Notes: generated by a model from the sequence alone, not told the origin. Shown: positions 1-13,595, counted from the stretch's first letter. The stretch: DNA of 64,000 nt from Camelus dromedarius (GCF_036321535.1 NC_087438.1:9116001-9180000), one strand, 5' to 3'. Program-made: numbers and translations.

Positions 1-117
1 AAATGAAAGATACTTATTTTAATAATGTTATTAAATTATGACAAACACATGCAACTCTGTACCCACAGACAAAATCAAGAGAATGAATATTTGCATCATC
101 AAAAAAGGACTCCTGAG

Positions 118-680
118 TCGCCATATGCTCCAGCATTCCACTTCCGGGTATATGGCCAGAGGAACTGACAACAGGGTCTTGAGATTTTTGTACACCCAGG
201 TTCATAGCAGCATTATTTACAACAGCTGAAAGGTAGAAGCAACCTAAGTGTTCATTGCCTGTTGAATGGTGTATACATGCAGTGGACCATTATTCAGCCT
301 CAAGAAGAAATGGAATTCTAACATATGCTACAATGGGGATGAACCTTGTAAGCAATATGCTAAGCCACATAAGCTAGTCACAAAAAGACAAATACTGTAT
401 GAATCCACCCAGACATACCTAGAACAATCAAATTTATAGACAGAAAATAGAATAGTGTCTTCCCGGCATTAGGGGTTAGGCAAGAATGGGGAGTTGTAGT
501 TTAATGTGTACATAGTTTTAGTTTTGCATGATGAAAGGTGTTCTAGACGTGAATGGCAGTGAAAGTTGCACAATGCATAAGTGCTTAATGCAACTGAACT
601 GTACACTTAGAAATGGTTAAGATGCTAAATTTTATGTAACGTGCATTTCACTGAAATTCAGAAATACATAGAAAAAAAGA
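118..680 (+). mobile_element. L1 (L1MB-like) ORF2 end plus 3' UTR fragment
   Basis: Typical L1 3' motifs: catatgctccagcattccacttccgggtatat, ttcatagcagcattatttacaacagc, gaagcaacctaagtgttc, gacaaatactgtatgaatccac, aactgaactgtacacttagaaatggttaagatg. Ends in an A-rich tail. Confidence 0.88.
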
Positions 681-709
681 TACCTGTGCTCCATTTGAGG
701 CATCAAATC

Positions 710-1186
710 TGTGTTTGTTTCCTAGGCTGCTGTAGCAAAGTACCACAGACTGATGGCTTAAGAGAAGATAAATGCATTCTCTTACTGTTCTGGAGGGTAC
801 AGGTGTACGATCAAGGTATTGTCAGGGCCATGCTCCCTTCCAAATCTCTAGGGAACATGCCTCCTTGACTCTTCCAGGTTCTGGTAGCCCCAAGCATTCT
901 TTGGTTTGTGGCAAAGTAACGCTAATCCATGTCTTTATCTTTCCAAGGTCATCTTCCCTCTGTGTCTGTGTGTCTCTGTATCTTCACAGTCTCCTTCATA
1001 TGTCTTTGTTTTCTCTTCTTTTAAGGACATCAGTCCTATTGGACTAGGCTTCACCTTAATCTAGTATGACCTCATCTTAATTTGATCTGCAAAAATCCCA
1101 TTTCCAAATAAGGTCATAAGCAAAATTACTGGGAATTAGGACTTCAACACATCTTTGAGTGGAGGGGACACAGTTCAACCCTAACA
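710..1186 (-). mobile_element. MaLR solo LTR (MLT1B/C-like)
   Basis: Begins tgtgtttgtttcctaggctgctgtagcaaagtaccacagactg and ends gggacacagttcaaccctaaca, the reverse complement of MLT1 termini. Internal catttccaaataaggtca motif. Confidence 0.88.
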
Positions 1187-1189
1187 AAC

Positions 1190-1760
1190 CCACAGCTCCA
1201 ACCCCAGGAAAACCACTTAGCTGATTCTCATTGTGGACTACTTATGATTTTTCTAAACTTTCATATAGTTGAAATAATAGAGTATGCAATGATTCAATCT
1301 GGCTTTGTTCGCTCAGCGTAATAGTTTTAACTAGCATCCATATTTGCATCGTGTTACAGACCCATGAGCAATGTGTGAAAAGATCAGTTGTTCAACATCT
1401 TTGCTAACACTTGATATCATAAGTCACTTCAGTATTAGCCATTCTACTGGGGCTGAGGAATTGATAAACTTTTCAGGATTTAGTTCACATTTACTTAGTA
1501 AGTAATAGCATTGAACACATTTCCATGGGCTCATTGGCTTTTTATCTATCTTCCTTTGTGAAATGTCCAAATCTTATGTCTATGTTTATCTCATGTCACT
1601 ATTCAATTGATCTGACATTATTTGTTGAAAGTGTTATCCTTTCTCCTTGAATTTTCCTTGGAACCTTTGTCAAGATCAGTGGATCATATCTGTGTAGGTC
1701 TATTAATGGAATTTATTTGATTTCTTTGAGATAATACACATATTATGTGTATAATGTTTG
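1190..1760 (-). mobile_element. Old L1 (L1ME/L1M5-like) fragments
   Basis: Degenerate antisense L1 motifs: ctggctttgttcgctcagcgtaatagtttt, ttagccattctactggg, cctttgtcaagatcagtggatcatatctgtgtaggtctatt. Confidence 0.6.
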
Positions 1761-1779
1761 ATATTGTCTCACAGTTCTT

Positions 1780-2265
1780 GGATGTAAGCTCAAGAGCCCC
1801 CATCTGTTTTCTCTCTGGTTTTTCGTTGCTCAGCCTCCAGTGCATCTTCGCGTGCGCTGAACAATACGCAACTAAACACTCAACGGACACCTTCTAAAGA
1901 TCTCTAGACATTTCTTTCTGTCCAGTTTTCTCTCTCTGTACAGTATTTTCCTTAGTACCCAGCCCATGGATTCCAGCTGCCCAGCTTCCACAAGTAGGGA
2001 ATTTGTATTTCAACTCAAAAAGATTGCTGGCCTTGGTTTAGATTTCTCAAATTTCCCTGTATTGTGGCTTGAAAAGTCTCTCTAATCTGAAATCTGGGGC
2101 AACTGTAGACCTCATATTTTTGTTTCCTTTGACTCGGGGATAATTGTCTGGACTGCTAGTTCTCCAAAATCTGAAAACTTTGTTTCATATGTTTGGTCCA
2201 TTTTTTGATTGGTTAAGATGGGAGGGTAAATTTAGTCCCTCTTACTTTATTCTATCAGGAAGCCA
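1780..2265 (-). mobile_element. Old L1 5' region fragment (L1MD/L1ME-like)
   Basis: Ends gggagggtaaatttagtccccttactttattctatcaggaagc, resembling the antisense 5' end of ancient L1M elements. Residual CpGs at 1823-1890. Confidence 0.5.
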
Positions 2266-2669
2266 ACATCACCAGTTTTTAAAGATCACATCAATTAAAC
2301 ATAAACTCTACTCACAGGCTCAAGTGTAAACTAGTTTGAGTCAAAATATTGATTATTCATCTTTCAGTTCTTCCCGTGACATGATGTAACTGCTTAATAA
2401 ATGTCAAATGATTGAATGAATGAAAGAAATAATGTATGAATCAATGAATAAATATGTTGACATTAACAACATCATTGTTTTTAATGCCAGAGGAAAAACT
2501 TTGTCATAGAAGAAGCAAGAAAAGGAGCATAATTTTAAAAACAGAAATTTTAAAAAGAGAAACATGTGGATTCAGACAGAACAGTACACGTAGTGCTTCA
2601 GAAAGATGCTCAGACAGTCATCTGCCCCGATTTCAGTCACAGATGCTAATTCTCATTTAAAATTTAAAT

Positions 2670-2756
2670 ATCCAGATGATAGTATTGAGAATATATTCTG
2701 AAATTGTTTAAAATCCAGATGATAGGAATGAGAATATATTCTGAAATTATTTGAAA
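2670..2756. repeat. Two-copy ~43-bp tandem duplication
   Basis: atccagatgatagtattgagaatatattctgaaattgtttaaa followed by atccagatgataggaatgagaatatattctgaaattatttgaaa. Confidence 0.92.
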
Positions 2757-5750
2757 ATAATTTTGATAGGGATTTTTCTTTCTAGAAGCAAGAAGAGAAC
2801 CAAAATTATATATACAAGCTTATCAACAACCTTCCATGTTAGAAATAAATTCACAAATTTTAGTAAAAGAGCTTTATATTTGAATAATAAAATGATTTTA
2901 AAGATTATCTCCAATAATATTGTTTAACAGTGTCAAATTTTATAGACTGTTGTTGTAATTAAGGAATATGTCTGTTGTACAAACCTTCATAATGCTGAAA
3001 ACCGTGGTGCAATTCCCGAGTGGAGCACTAAATTCTACTTTGCCAATAGATATACATCAGCTTAGCCATCTGCCATAAATTCCCACAGATGTGGCTATTA
3101 GTAGAAACCTCTGACTCAACCCAACTCTAAGTCAAGATGTAATTTGTTACACGATCTGTTGTGATGGGAAGGGAGAGAATCAATTTTCATTTTGGAGCAA
3201 ATGGAATAAATCTGCACCTGCAGTTGACATGGAGGTCATAGCCTCATCCCAGGAATGCAGAATAAGCCACAGATGTTCCTAGCTTTATAATTTCTAGATT
3301 TGATTACTATAATTCACTGAGTCTACATACCTGAAACTACTCACCCAGTGACTTCAGCTGGTACAGAATGAAGTGGATCAACTATACAAAGCTGACGATT
3401 GGTGACACCACTTCAATACAATGTCACAGACATTGTGTCTACTTAAATGATACTCCACCATCATTTCAAATGACCAAGTAGAAGAGCTTGTCATAAAGCA
3501 TTTGAAATGGTCTATGAACCTTCAAATGAACTAGAACAAAGGTAGAAGAGTTCTCCTTTATTGCATACTTACTGTATACCAGGTAGTGATACATAGGTAT
3601 ACAGAAGCAAGCTCAACTAGCTATTTCTTTTCAGGATTACAACAATCCATTATTTGGCCTTTGTTATTTTCATATTTATACCAGGATTTTGAAACTGAAA
3701 GAAAAACATGGCAAAAAAATACAAGCTAGAAAATGTCATGACTGAGTTGAGGCTGATTGATTTTAAAATCAAACTCAATTTTCTAAAAAGCACAAGTACA
3801 TGCAATTTTTCAATTATTCTGGCTATAATTTCAGTTCTCGAGGGCAGGCTTTAAAAATATTTATTTTCTGATTAGAGTAAATATCATAGAAATACAGCTT
3901 TTTATTTATCTATATTATGGCTTTTAAAGTTATAGCATGTATAATATAATAAAATATTTACCCTAACAAATATGTTTTACTTAAACAAAGAATAACTTTT
4001 AAATATGAATGAGAACTGGAAAATGTTTTTCTCCTTCAAAGACATAAATAAAAAGTGAGATGAAAACCATGTTCAAATTGTAATTCTTTTCATGAAAATT
4101 TTGCCGACTGCCATTATTATCATTATAATGAAAATGCTTCTATTTCTGTGAGAGAGGAACTTTTAAAATCCTAGGGAAAGAATAAGGAAGGATAGAAAAT
4201 GTGGGACCACCCATCATCTCCTCCATTTTTTCTTTTATTCGTCTTGCTCCATAGATCTATTTTAAAATGACTGAGAGGTTGTTTGGTGATTACTTCGGAA
4301 GTCCTGTAATGAAATGTTTCATGGAGAGGCAGTAAGTCAGAATGGGCAAGATATGGGTTGGAGGCAATGGTCCTCAACAGACATGCTTCTAGAAGTTGGA
4401 GATTTCTTTTTTAAATGGTAGTAGAGAGTTTGGCCATTACTGTTTAATTTGACTCAGACCTATGGGGTAAGCACACAGAAGTGGATTTGTAGATATTTAT
4501 TGTCCAGCTGAATAGCTGTCAGGTCATTATGTGATGAGTCATTTTGCAGAGGCTGACAGGCTGTGGTCAGGTTTATGGGAGCAGGGTCAGCCCCTCCAAG
4601 TGATAGAGGCATGTGGGAGGCAGATTGTTCAGTGCTGTGGGACAGGGTGCCATGAGTGAAAGAAGAAACAAAATTATCCTGACAGAACCAGTATGATGGT
4701 CACAGATGGAAGCCTGCAGCTTGGTGGAGAAGCCAAGGCAGAGCATAGCAACTGAACCCAGTTGCTTTCTGTCTTGTAGGTATGAGGTTGAGAGTTTTCT
4801 GCAGACCTAAGTTAAAATGGGCTGTTATCTGGTGGAGGGGCTCTTCCTGTAGGTTAAATTATTTTACAGACTATTGATGAAGTGGACTTGGAGAAGATGG
4901 TATTAAAATCTTTTCGCATAGAACTTTTAGTATAATCTTTTAGTTTAGTAATGAAACTATAGAACATTATAGAATGAATATCTAAATTTGCTTTGAAATC
5001 TATCTGAAAGTGAAAAGAAGGAAAAGACAGGGAAAGATTAAACCCAGTTATTTAGGGTGTATGCTTGTCATGCTGGAGATCCAGCAAGGACAGCTGAATG
5101 ACATTTCTATCACAGCAACAAATCCATCTTGCTCTGAAAAAACTGCTGCTTAGTAAGGTGAGGTAAGGACTGGGTCACAGTTACAGAAGTGTCATATTTA
5201 CTGCATGAACCAAGGTTTGTCTGACAAGCTCTGTCTGAGGAGAAAATTCATGAGCTTTCAGAAAGATTAACACTTCTGATGTTCCGTTTCTCCGTGTCTG
5301 CTTCTCTTTCCAATACCACTGATCCATCCTAGACTGACTTTTAAGAATGTGTGAGAAGTGCATTTAACACATGAAAACAAGTTCCAATTCCCTGCAAAAC
5401 ATGAGCAATAGAATTGTATGTGGATAAAAAAAGTTTTTTTGAAAACCAAAGGGACAAAACCATGCTAATAAATGAGAACTAGTTTATTTTGGCTAGAAAC
5501 ACAACTTTCAGATGCGTCATTGAACTAGACCCTCAAAAAGGCAGGAAGTGATCATTTATGCTGTATATTAACTGATTTTTAATAGCTAAATAATTAATCT
5601 TTGATCTCTGTTACTATCATGCTCCAAATATTACTACTTATTTTTTAGTAATGTGTTAGAAAACCAGTAGATGATTATGATGGTCAATTTGAACATTTAA
5701 AAAAGTGTAACAAATGAATAATAAAAATAACTAGTTTTCAATACCTAGAT

Positions 5751-5834
5751 TAGGGGTCAGCTGACTGTGGTCTGCTAGCCAAAATCTCAAATATTTATTG
5801 TCTTGCTCTTTACAGAAAGAATTTGCAACCCTTG
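5751..5834. mobile_element. MER58-like hAT-Charlie MITE, internally deleted
   Basis: Ends taggggtcag and atttgcaacccttg resemble MER58 TIRs. Internal aaatatttattgtcttgctctttacagaaa. Preceded by acctagat, a Charlie-type target site. Confidence 0.6.
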
Positions 5835-6621
5835 ACATAATGGCTAATACTTTTTACAATTGATTCCATTTCGCTGTTTCTTTGTGCATCGTATGTTTCC
5901 ATTTACTAATATTATTTCAATGTTATTAAATATTCTAAATTCTAAATATCCTATATTGATTTTCCTGAAATGAACTAAAAGTATGTATATGTATATAAAT
6001 TTATGTGTGTATATATTTCATATTTATATAATTGTATATAATATAAATTATATATTTACATAAAATAGATTTATGAACTACTTTGAAATTCTAGTGAAAA
6101 CCAGTAAAATAAGATCCAGCTCAAATCATACCTTTGTATTAATTACAAAACCCTTTTTCTATCTCTGGACACTTGTCGCCTTTTGCAAAGAGATAGCATA
6201 AAAAATATACTTATCTGTGTTGAGTATGGATGAGAATTGAACCTCCCCAAATGATGTGATACTAATCTTCCACAAGTGTCTGTGACAAGGCTGAACTTAT
6301 TTGATACCATAATCAGCTCTGGCAAAGGAAAGCCATGGTCAAATACCATGAGATGAGTAAAATTATAATTCAGAATTATTTATATTAAAGTGAAAAAAGA
6401 AGAAAAGTCAAATACTAAATACTAAAAAGACATATTCATACATACAAATTGGTACGTATACATACATACACCAAATGCAAATATGCACATTTATATCTAT
6501 ATTTATCCATACTGAGATGGCTGTTAAAATGAGAAAATTTACAATCCTTGCCAAACGTCTTAGTTGTTTTTAAAGTTATGTGTGAGAACACGTATGTAAT
6601 AAATTTCCCTTCTTAACCTGT

Positions 6622-6695
6622 AGTTTCATTTACTCATCCAACCCCTATGGCCCTGTGTACCAAGGTCTGTGCTAGGTGCTGGGGCTATTGTAGCT
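6622..6695 (-). mobile_element. L2 3' end fragment
   Basis: tcatttactcatccaac...gtgtaccaaggtctgtgctaggtgctggggctat matches the antisense L2 terminus. Confidence 0.6.
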
Positions 6696-6707
6696 CAGTT
6701 TAGAAGG

Positions 6708-6832
6708 TTTTTTTAAAAAAAATTTTTAGGGGGAGGTATTTGGTTTATTTATCTATTTAATGGAGGTACTGGGGATTGAACCCAGGACATCATGCATGCT
6801 AGGCAAGTACTTTACCACTGAGATATACCCTA
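6708..6832 (-). mobile_element. tRNA-derived SINE (camelid Vic-1-like)
   Basis: Reverse strand reads GGGTATATCTCAGTGGTAAAGTACTTGCCTAGCATGCATGATGTCCTGGGTTCAATCCCCAGTACCTCCATTAAAT...ACCTCCCCCTAAAAA. Has A-box and B-box, an A-rich tail, and an imperfect flanking repeat tttagaag/tttggaag. Confidence 0.9.
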
Positions 6833-6929
6833 CATTTGGAAGTCTTTAATTTGAGACATTTAGCAGACCTCTGTGGAGTTATAGAACAGGAAATTAAATT
6901 AATGAATTTAGAGTTTAATGGTCTGAATG

Positions 6930-7425
6930 GATTATTTTGATCACCTCCTATTCACCCTGTTGGAGAGCGAGGAATCCCACCCTGTGGTTATGGGGGCAAA
7001 CACCACCACTCAACATGGAGCAGATGAGATCCATCACTGTTTACTCATCACACGTACTCACACCCTGGAGGAGGAGACGCGTGTGGGGCCAAATGAAATT
7101 AATGGTAGGAAGGGGACCTACTTTGGACCAACTAGAGGGAAGCCCAGGAATTATACTTACTAACTTGTTGGTAACGTACACCACCTTCATGTCTCTGGAT
7201 ATGAATAAGAAATATGTCATCACCCCAGATGTTGACAGTCATGTTGCTACCAAGTCAGTCTGAGAATGGAGTCAACACACAGAGAGCATGACAAAATTAA
7301 GAGCCATAGAGGAAAACAAACTTAAATTGAAGTCTTATTTGAGGCACAGTATTTCAGTGATATCAGGGATAGAGTTCCTTTACTGCTTAAGCCAATTTAA
7401 TTTGGTTTTCTGTTACCCACAGATT
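6930..7425 (+). mobile_element. Ancient MaLR LTR (MLT1J/K-like)
   Basis: 3' end ttcctttactgcttaagccaatttaatttggttttctgttacc. Internal catgttgctacca...gagaatggagtcaacacacagagagc. The 5' boundary is uncertain. Confidence 0.5.
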
Positions 7426-7739
7426 TAAGCATTTTTCAGAAGCTGTACTTTTGCACCTGCAAACTTCTTCATAGAAGGCAATTTTGAGAACTGAGAAAAG
7501 CAAATAGTTGTTAAATATTTTGAGAAACAAATAAATACCAAGGAGCAGATGGTTGCAAACAGGTTCTATGGGCCCTCCTCAAGGAGCTAGCTGGTCACCA
7601 GTTCACAAGAATATTGAAAAATAAGACGATGAGTGACCACCCTACCATGTGGGTCAGCGGATTTGTTCTCCCAGTATATTTCCACTCTGGTCCTTGCTCA
7701 GTGAAAACTCTTGTTCCTCACTGCCTCCTACTGCAATAA

Positions 7740-9140
7740 TATTTAATATAAAGTGTTTGTCTTCACCAATAACTTACCTTCAGTTCTGCTTTGAAACATT
7801 CTTTTGAATATTCATGTGGATTGTATATGTTCTCCAGTTTTGTAATTTTCAATATTTTAAATTTACCGTACATGTATTTATAATTTTATGCAATTTATCC
7901 AGTCAATTCTTTTTTATTATCAAGGCTTAGTCTCTTGTGACAGAAAAGCTATTACTTATGCAATTAATAAAATATTTGGATGTTTGTGAATAGTAAAAAT
8001 TTTTAGATATTCCAGTTTTAAAAACTCTAAATTATTTGGAATTTTGTTTCATAAATGATTGGAAGAAGACATATGAAATGTTTTTCTTCTAAATTCATAA
8101 CTTTAAACTCCTTTCTTGACTGATTTAAAAAAATGAGGTTTTTCATGCAATAAAAACTTACACATTTATATGTTTCTCTCTTTTTATATTTGCTATTGTT
8201 GTATTTCTTCACTCTTTGTTCCCTATGAGGAAACAATCAAATGGGATATAGTATAATTAAGCATCCTTTAAAAAAGTATTTTAGATATTCTCATATATTC
8301 TTCCCCATGAAATTTAAGATTAATTTACCAATTTCTCACTCAAAGAAGAATGTTGATATTTTTCTTTCAAATTACGTGAAATTTATATACTATTTTGCCA
8401 TGTTATGTGGTTTATATCACCATTTAGTCCTATTTTGAAAGAGTAAAATATTTTATGGTTTCCTTTTCTAATTTCTTATAAAATTTATTTCTGTGTAACT
8501 TAAAGTTTTATAGTTTTTGTGACTGGAATTTGTTTTTCATTGTATTTCCTAATTGATAATTTCTGCTACATATTCAAGCTATTGAATTTTGCTTATCTAT
8601 GTATAAAACAATACCCTTACTGAAATCCAGGTAATGTAATAAATTTCCTAAGGTTTTTAATGTAGAGAATCTTCATACAATACAATGCTTTTGTTTCAGT
8701 ATGTGCAACTCAGGTCAAAGCATGAAAAATAACTTTTGAAAAATAGCCATGGATGCGGTTATTTATATCTAAAATTATGTTTGTGTATATATTTTGGATA
8801 TAGATATTTATTTTAAGTTTTATATTTCTAATCACATTGAGTAAGTATCATTTAATTCATTTATAATGGCTTTTTTTAGTTGTGTTATATCTATCAGCAC
8901 ATTTGGTAAAAAGTAATTTTTTTTGGCTTTAAATATGAGCCCGGTGAAACGTTAAAATGCTTTCCAGGGGTGAGGGCTCCTAGTGTTCCTGAAACAATGC
9001 TATTCAGGCTACACTGCTTGTTTCATTTAGTGCTGGATACTGTTTGTTACCGTTTTGCTTAAATTTTTTTTTCATCAAAATACATTGATAAATTTCATCC
9101 ACTGCTTGTTCTTCATGGAATTTTATTTGAGACTGGCAAC
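7740..9140 (-). mobile_element. Highly decayed L1 ORF2 region
   Basis: Antisense L1 ORF2-type phrases: ttcttccccatgaaatttaagattaatttacc, ttcaagctattgaattttgcttatctatgtat, cacattgagtaagtatc, ttagtgctggatactgtttgtta. Confidence 0.55.
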
Positions 9141-9159
9141 AGGATTCTGTACAACACAA

Positions 9160-9365
9160 ACTCTATGGCGTAGTTGCTACTCCTAAGGGCTTTGAATTTC
9201 TACCGTCCAGCTTTTGAATCCCAGCTTTGTCGCTTTCTAGCTTGATCATCTAAGATAATGCGGTTATATCTAAATGGATCTGTTTCCTCATGCTAGAAAT
9301 AGGGCACCCATAGCGTTTTGTGAGAAGCAAATGAGGTAAGTTAATAAGTTACTAATAATCAAAGC
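9160..9365 (+). mobile_element. MIR SINE
   Basis: tttgaatcccagctttgtcgctttctagc...ctgtttcctcatgctagaaatagggc...ttttgtgagaagcaaatgaggtaa, the MIR core. Confidence 0.7.
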
Positions 9366-12169
9366 ACTCTTTCTTAGACTTCGTGTGGCTCCTCGCTTTC
9401 CAGGTTTGGACCAAGGGAGAAGGCTAGAACATTTCAGATATGCATCAGCTTGTTAGGAAGAAGAAGGTCATCGCGATCAGTGTGGTTTCATCCTCTGTTG
9501 AAGAGGCTATTTCCTTGGTTTATGGCAGACGTGGGTTAGCTTGAGTAGTGCTGCCATTCTTTGCTGCACTAGCCAGGATCAAGCAACGGAAGACCCACCC
9601 CCCAGCTTTGACTACTACGGCTGCCTTCCCTTTTCATATACCACCCTGCAGTCTGAATATACTTCCTAGAGTTACCGCCAGGATCATAATAAGCCCCAAA
9701 TCTGAGCCTTAACCTGCAGCCCTTGACATTCTGAGTTTACTGGTCTTGCTGGGGAACGGTCCACTGACTTCCCTCATACGCAGACACTCACACATTAGTT
9801 CGATTCCCCTTCATTTTGATTCATTTTGCAGTATTTCTGAGATTTCTTCTCTGATGACGAACTCCATTTTCTTTTTAAAGGAATAATTCGATTTTCTTCT
9901 CAGTTATGTATCCCATTTATCATCTCAGTGGGGAAAAACTGAAGGCTATTAATAGGTATTCCATCCTCATCTTAGAGTCATCTTTATGTTTTACACCAAC
10001 AGATACTCTTTTATATTTCATTATTACAATTACTAGGTCGTGATGTGGTTCCTCAGAGTCGACAATAAAGAAAACCGAGCAACATTTGAGATTACAGCAT
10101 CTGCTTTGACCAATTTAATTTCTCCATAGTAACTATTTAGGGAAAAGTTCATTGTGCTTTAGAATGGTTGGAGAACAGCTGTTTTGGCAAAATATATCCC
10201 TGTCAATATTATATCCTGATGCTAAATGACTGTGTTAACTGACTGTTGTATTCCTGTGATGAAAACCTGTTAAAGGCTATACCAGCAACTCACATTGAAG
10301 GAGCATATTTGCATATTATATTACAGCACAATAGTTAATGAAGTAAAAGGTGACACATGGTAAATGCTTTAGAAATACATCTAGTGGCATTTATGGAGCA
10401 GTGGGTAACAATATGGATTAGTAAAATGTATGCATAATAGTAGTATTTAAATACATAAGGTACAATTTGACCATAGAAGTGTGCAGAAGATGGGTTTCAA
10501 AAAAAGATAAGAAAGAGAGAAAATGAGAACAAAGCTAGCCGATGGGAGTCTTTATATTTTGCTATATATTTTTTCAGCTTTTTAAGACTTTTCAGGAAAT
10601 ACATGATTATTGCTACCCAAACAGGTAAACAGACTAAGATAATTGAGGATTTTCCATTAGAGAACATGTGGACATTTACTTATTTTATGAGGTTAAAGAT
10701 ATCTACACACACAAGCATTTTACATATATTTTATACATATTTTGTAAAATGTTTATTATGAACCTTATCCTAATTTACTACATAGTTATGTTACTTAAAA
10801 GCAACTGTAACTCAAGAATTTGCTCATGGTATATAGTCTATGTTAAAACCCTTAAAGAATCTCATAGCTCTAAGCCAGCTATTCACTTCCTAAAAGTTAT
10901 CTAAGAAAATGCAGAAACATTGAAATATATTTAAATATCCTAAATTTTGCAAACAATAAAAATAACGTGTCAAACAATTGGAGTTGTAGGTTTATTTTGT
11001 GTTCTATCTGCATTACTATTTTATTTGAGTAAAATAAGTCTATTTAAAATAAATTTTTCTTTTTTCACTTTTCTGAGAGTTTTTTTTTTTTTTTTTTGTC
11101 TACCAACCTCTTCCTCACAAACATTTTGGCTTGCCATCACCCATCTTCTCATATATCCATCCAGTCATTTAACATATATTTATGCAGTAAATATTATGTC
11201 TTCTAGGCAAACAATTGGAGAATTAAAATACAAAAATGCTAACACAACACATGGAAATACTATGCAGCAGTTATAGTTGTGTTATGAAAAATTCCATTTC
11301 TGTTAGGAATTGTTCCCATTAAAGCTAAATTTTAAAAGCATGCAAAAGTATACATAATAAAAATAAGAAAACATAATTTTAAGACAAAACTACAAGATAG
11401 TATTGAGAAAATTTTGAAAACTAGAGAAAATGGATGATTTTCTAGTTAAATGTAAATTACCAAAAGTTATTTCCCCATAATAACAACTATACTATCATTA
11501 TTATTTTCTATTATAGAATAGACTTCAACCTTTCTACTTAATTAACATCTTGGTTTTTCTACATAATAGATTTGCAATTATTTTTTAAAATAGCAACAAT
11601 TTATTATATTATGTTCAAGTGATCTTTTATCACAACTGTTAGAGTATGAAATAAATGAAATCATATGTTGTCTATGTGTTCCTTGGTATTTACAAAAAGG
11701 ATGATTTATTTCCTTTACAGAAGCTCATTAAAATGTGGATGTAATTATGGTAAGTGGTTATGTAAATTCCAATAGTAAAAGTAAATTAGTTCTCCCAATG
11801 AATTTCAATAAGTTTTTAAATCCTTGTGAGATGAGATACTCATTTCTTTGTGTATAAGGTTTATAAAAATTACTCAATTGGCATAATTAAATATCAATTT
11901 ACATCCTATTAGGAAAAATTGTATTCTTTTTGTTTCTTTCATAAACTAATAGGTTGTAAAATATAAATTCAAAAATGAATATAGATTAATGTGTAAAAGT
12001 TAATTTTAAAACACTTCTCTATCAGATTGTATATATTGTCGTTTAATATAAAATGATGGATAGATATGTAATATTGTAGATAAATCACTCTATATGTTTA
12101 AACAAGAACTTACACATTATTCAAGTATTGAAACTTGTTCATGTACGTGGCTTAAAAAATTAAGATAGT

Positions 12170-12900
12170 GAGAAATAATATCCAGAGTTTTATGGCAATA
12201 TCCAGATTGCCCAAATTTCAATTAGAAATTGCTCATCATCAAGAACCAAGAAGGTCTCAAATTGAACAAGTGACAGTAAGTATATGCCAATAATAAGATG
12301 ACAAAGATGTTAGAATTATCTACCAAAATGTTAAAGCAGATATCATAAAAAGACTTCAATAAGCAATTAAATCCTTGAAACAAATGCAAATGTAGAAAGC
12401 TATGACAAATGAATAGGTGAAAGATTCTCAAAGAAATAGGTGACACAAGAAAAGAATATCAAACTTTATGACTGAGTAATCTTCTAACAGAAGAGGGGAA
12501 AAAGCTCCCAGTGGATGGGCTCAACAACACAGTCGAAAGAACATAGGAAAGAATTAGTGAACTTGAAGACAAAACAATAGAAATTACCCCATCTGAAGAG
12601 TAGAGAGAAAACAGATGGAAACAAAAAATGAACAGAGTCTCAGAGACCTGTAGGACTACAACAAAAAATGAACTATTCATGTCAACAAAGTCATTAAAGG
12701 AGAAGAAAGAGGCGGTACTGGATAACTAATCAAAAAAAAAAAAATGATGGCTGGGAAATTCTCCTACTTGACAAAACACATACAACTGCAGACTCAAGAA
12801 ACTGAGTGAATTCCCACAAGATAACTTCAAAGAAATCCATCCCAAGACACTTAACAATCAACTCCAGAAAAGTAAAGACAAAGGAATAATATTTGCAACA
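12170..12900 (+). mobile_element. L1 ORF1 region fragment (L1M4/L1MC-like)
   Basis: gaattagtgaacttgaagacaaaacaatagaaattaccccatctgaa (RISELEDKTIEIT-like), gaacagagtctcagagacctgtaggac, gactcaagaaactgagtgaattccc. Confidence 0.82.
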
Positions 12901-12904
12901 TCAA

Positions 12905-13138
12905 TGTGAAGGGCACAATGATGGTCTCCAAAGGTGTCCCCATCCTAATCCTGGGACTTCTGAATATGTTACCTTATATGGTAAAGGGACTTGGCAGATG
13001 TGATTAAGTTAAGGATTCTGATCTTACTCGATATTATCTGAGCGTACCCAATATAATCCTAAGATTCCGTATAAGAAAGAGACAGGAAAGTCTGAGTCAA
13101 AAAGGGAAGTAGAAGGAATGTCATTTCTGGAAGGGGTC
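12905..13138 (+). mobile_element. MLT1D-like LTR, 5' part only
   Basis: aatgatggtctccaaaggtgtccccatcctaatcctgggacttctgaatatgttaccttatatggtaaagggacttggcagatgtgattaagttaagga. Confidence 0.82.
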
Positions 13139-13140
13139 AG

Positions 13141-13330
13141 CCATGAAAAAGAAGGAAATCCTGCATTTGCAACAACATGGATGGACATTGAAGGCATTAT
13201 GCTAAGTAACATAAAGTCAGATAGAAAGATAAACACTGTGTGATTTCCATATATGTATAATCTAAATAAGCCAAACTTATAGAAACAGAGAGTAGAGTGG
13301 TAGTTTTCAGAGTATGGGAGATGTAGTAAG
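13141..13330 (+). mobile_element. Older L1 ORF2 end / 3' UTR fragment
   Basis: aaaaagaaggaaatcctgcatttgcaacaacatggatggacattgaaggcattatgctaagt. Confidence 0.8.
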
Positions 13331-13333
13331 CAA

Positions 13334-13595
13334 TCTTATGGTTACTGGGGGAGAGGGGGTAGGAAGGGATGAATTTGAGATTTTGAGATTTGCAAAGGTT
13401 AGTCACTGTATAAAAATAGATTAAAAAAACAAATTTCTTCTATATAGCACAGGGAACTATATTCAGTATCTTGCAATAACCTTTAATGGAAAAGAATATG
13501 AAAACAAATATATGTATATATACACATGACTGGGACATTGTGCTGTATACTAAAAATAAACACATTGTAACTGACTGTACTTCAAAAAAAAAAAA
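13334..13595 (+). mobile_element. Young cetartiodactyl/camelid L1 3' end with poly(A)
   Basis: cttatggttactgggggag...tatatagcacagggaactatattcagtatcttgcaataacc...cattgtaactgactgtacttc followed by an A run. Homologous to the antisense copy at 26907-27528. Confidence 0.88.

Noticed and set aside
12222..13406. Several minus-strand ORFs
   Set aside because: Antisense readings of L1 and MLT1 remnants.
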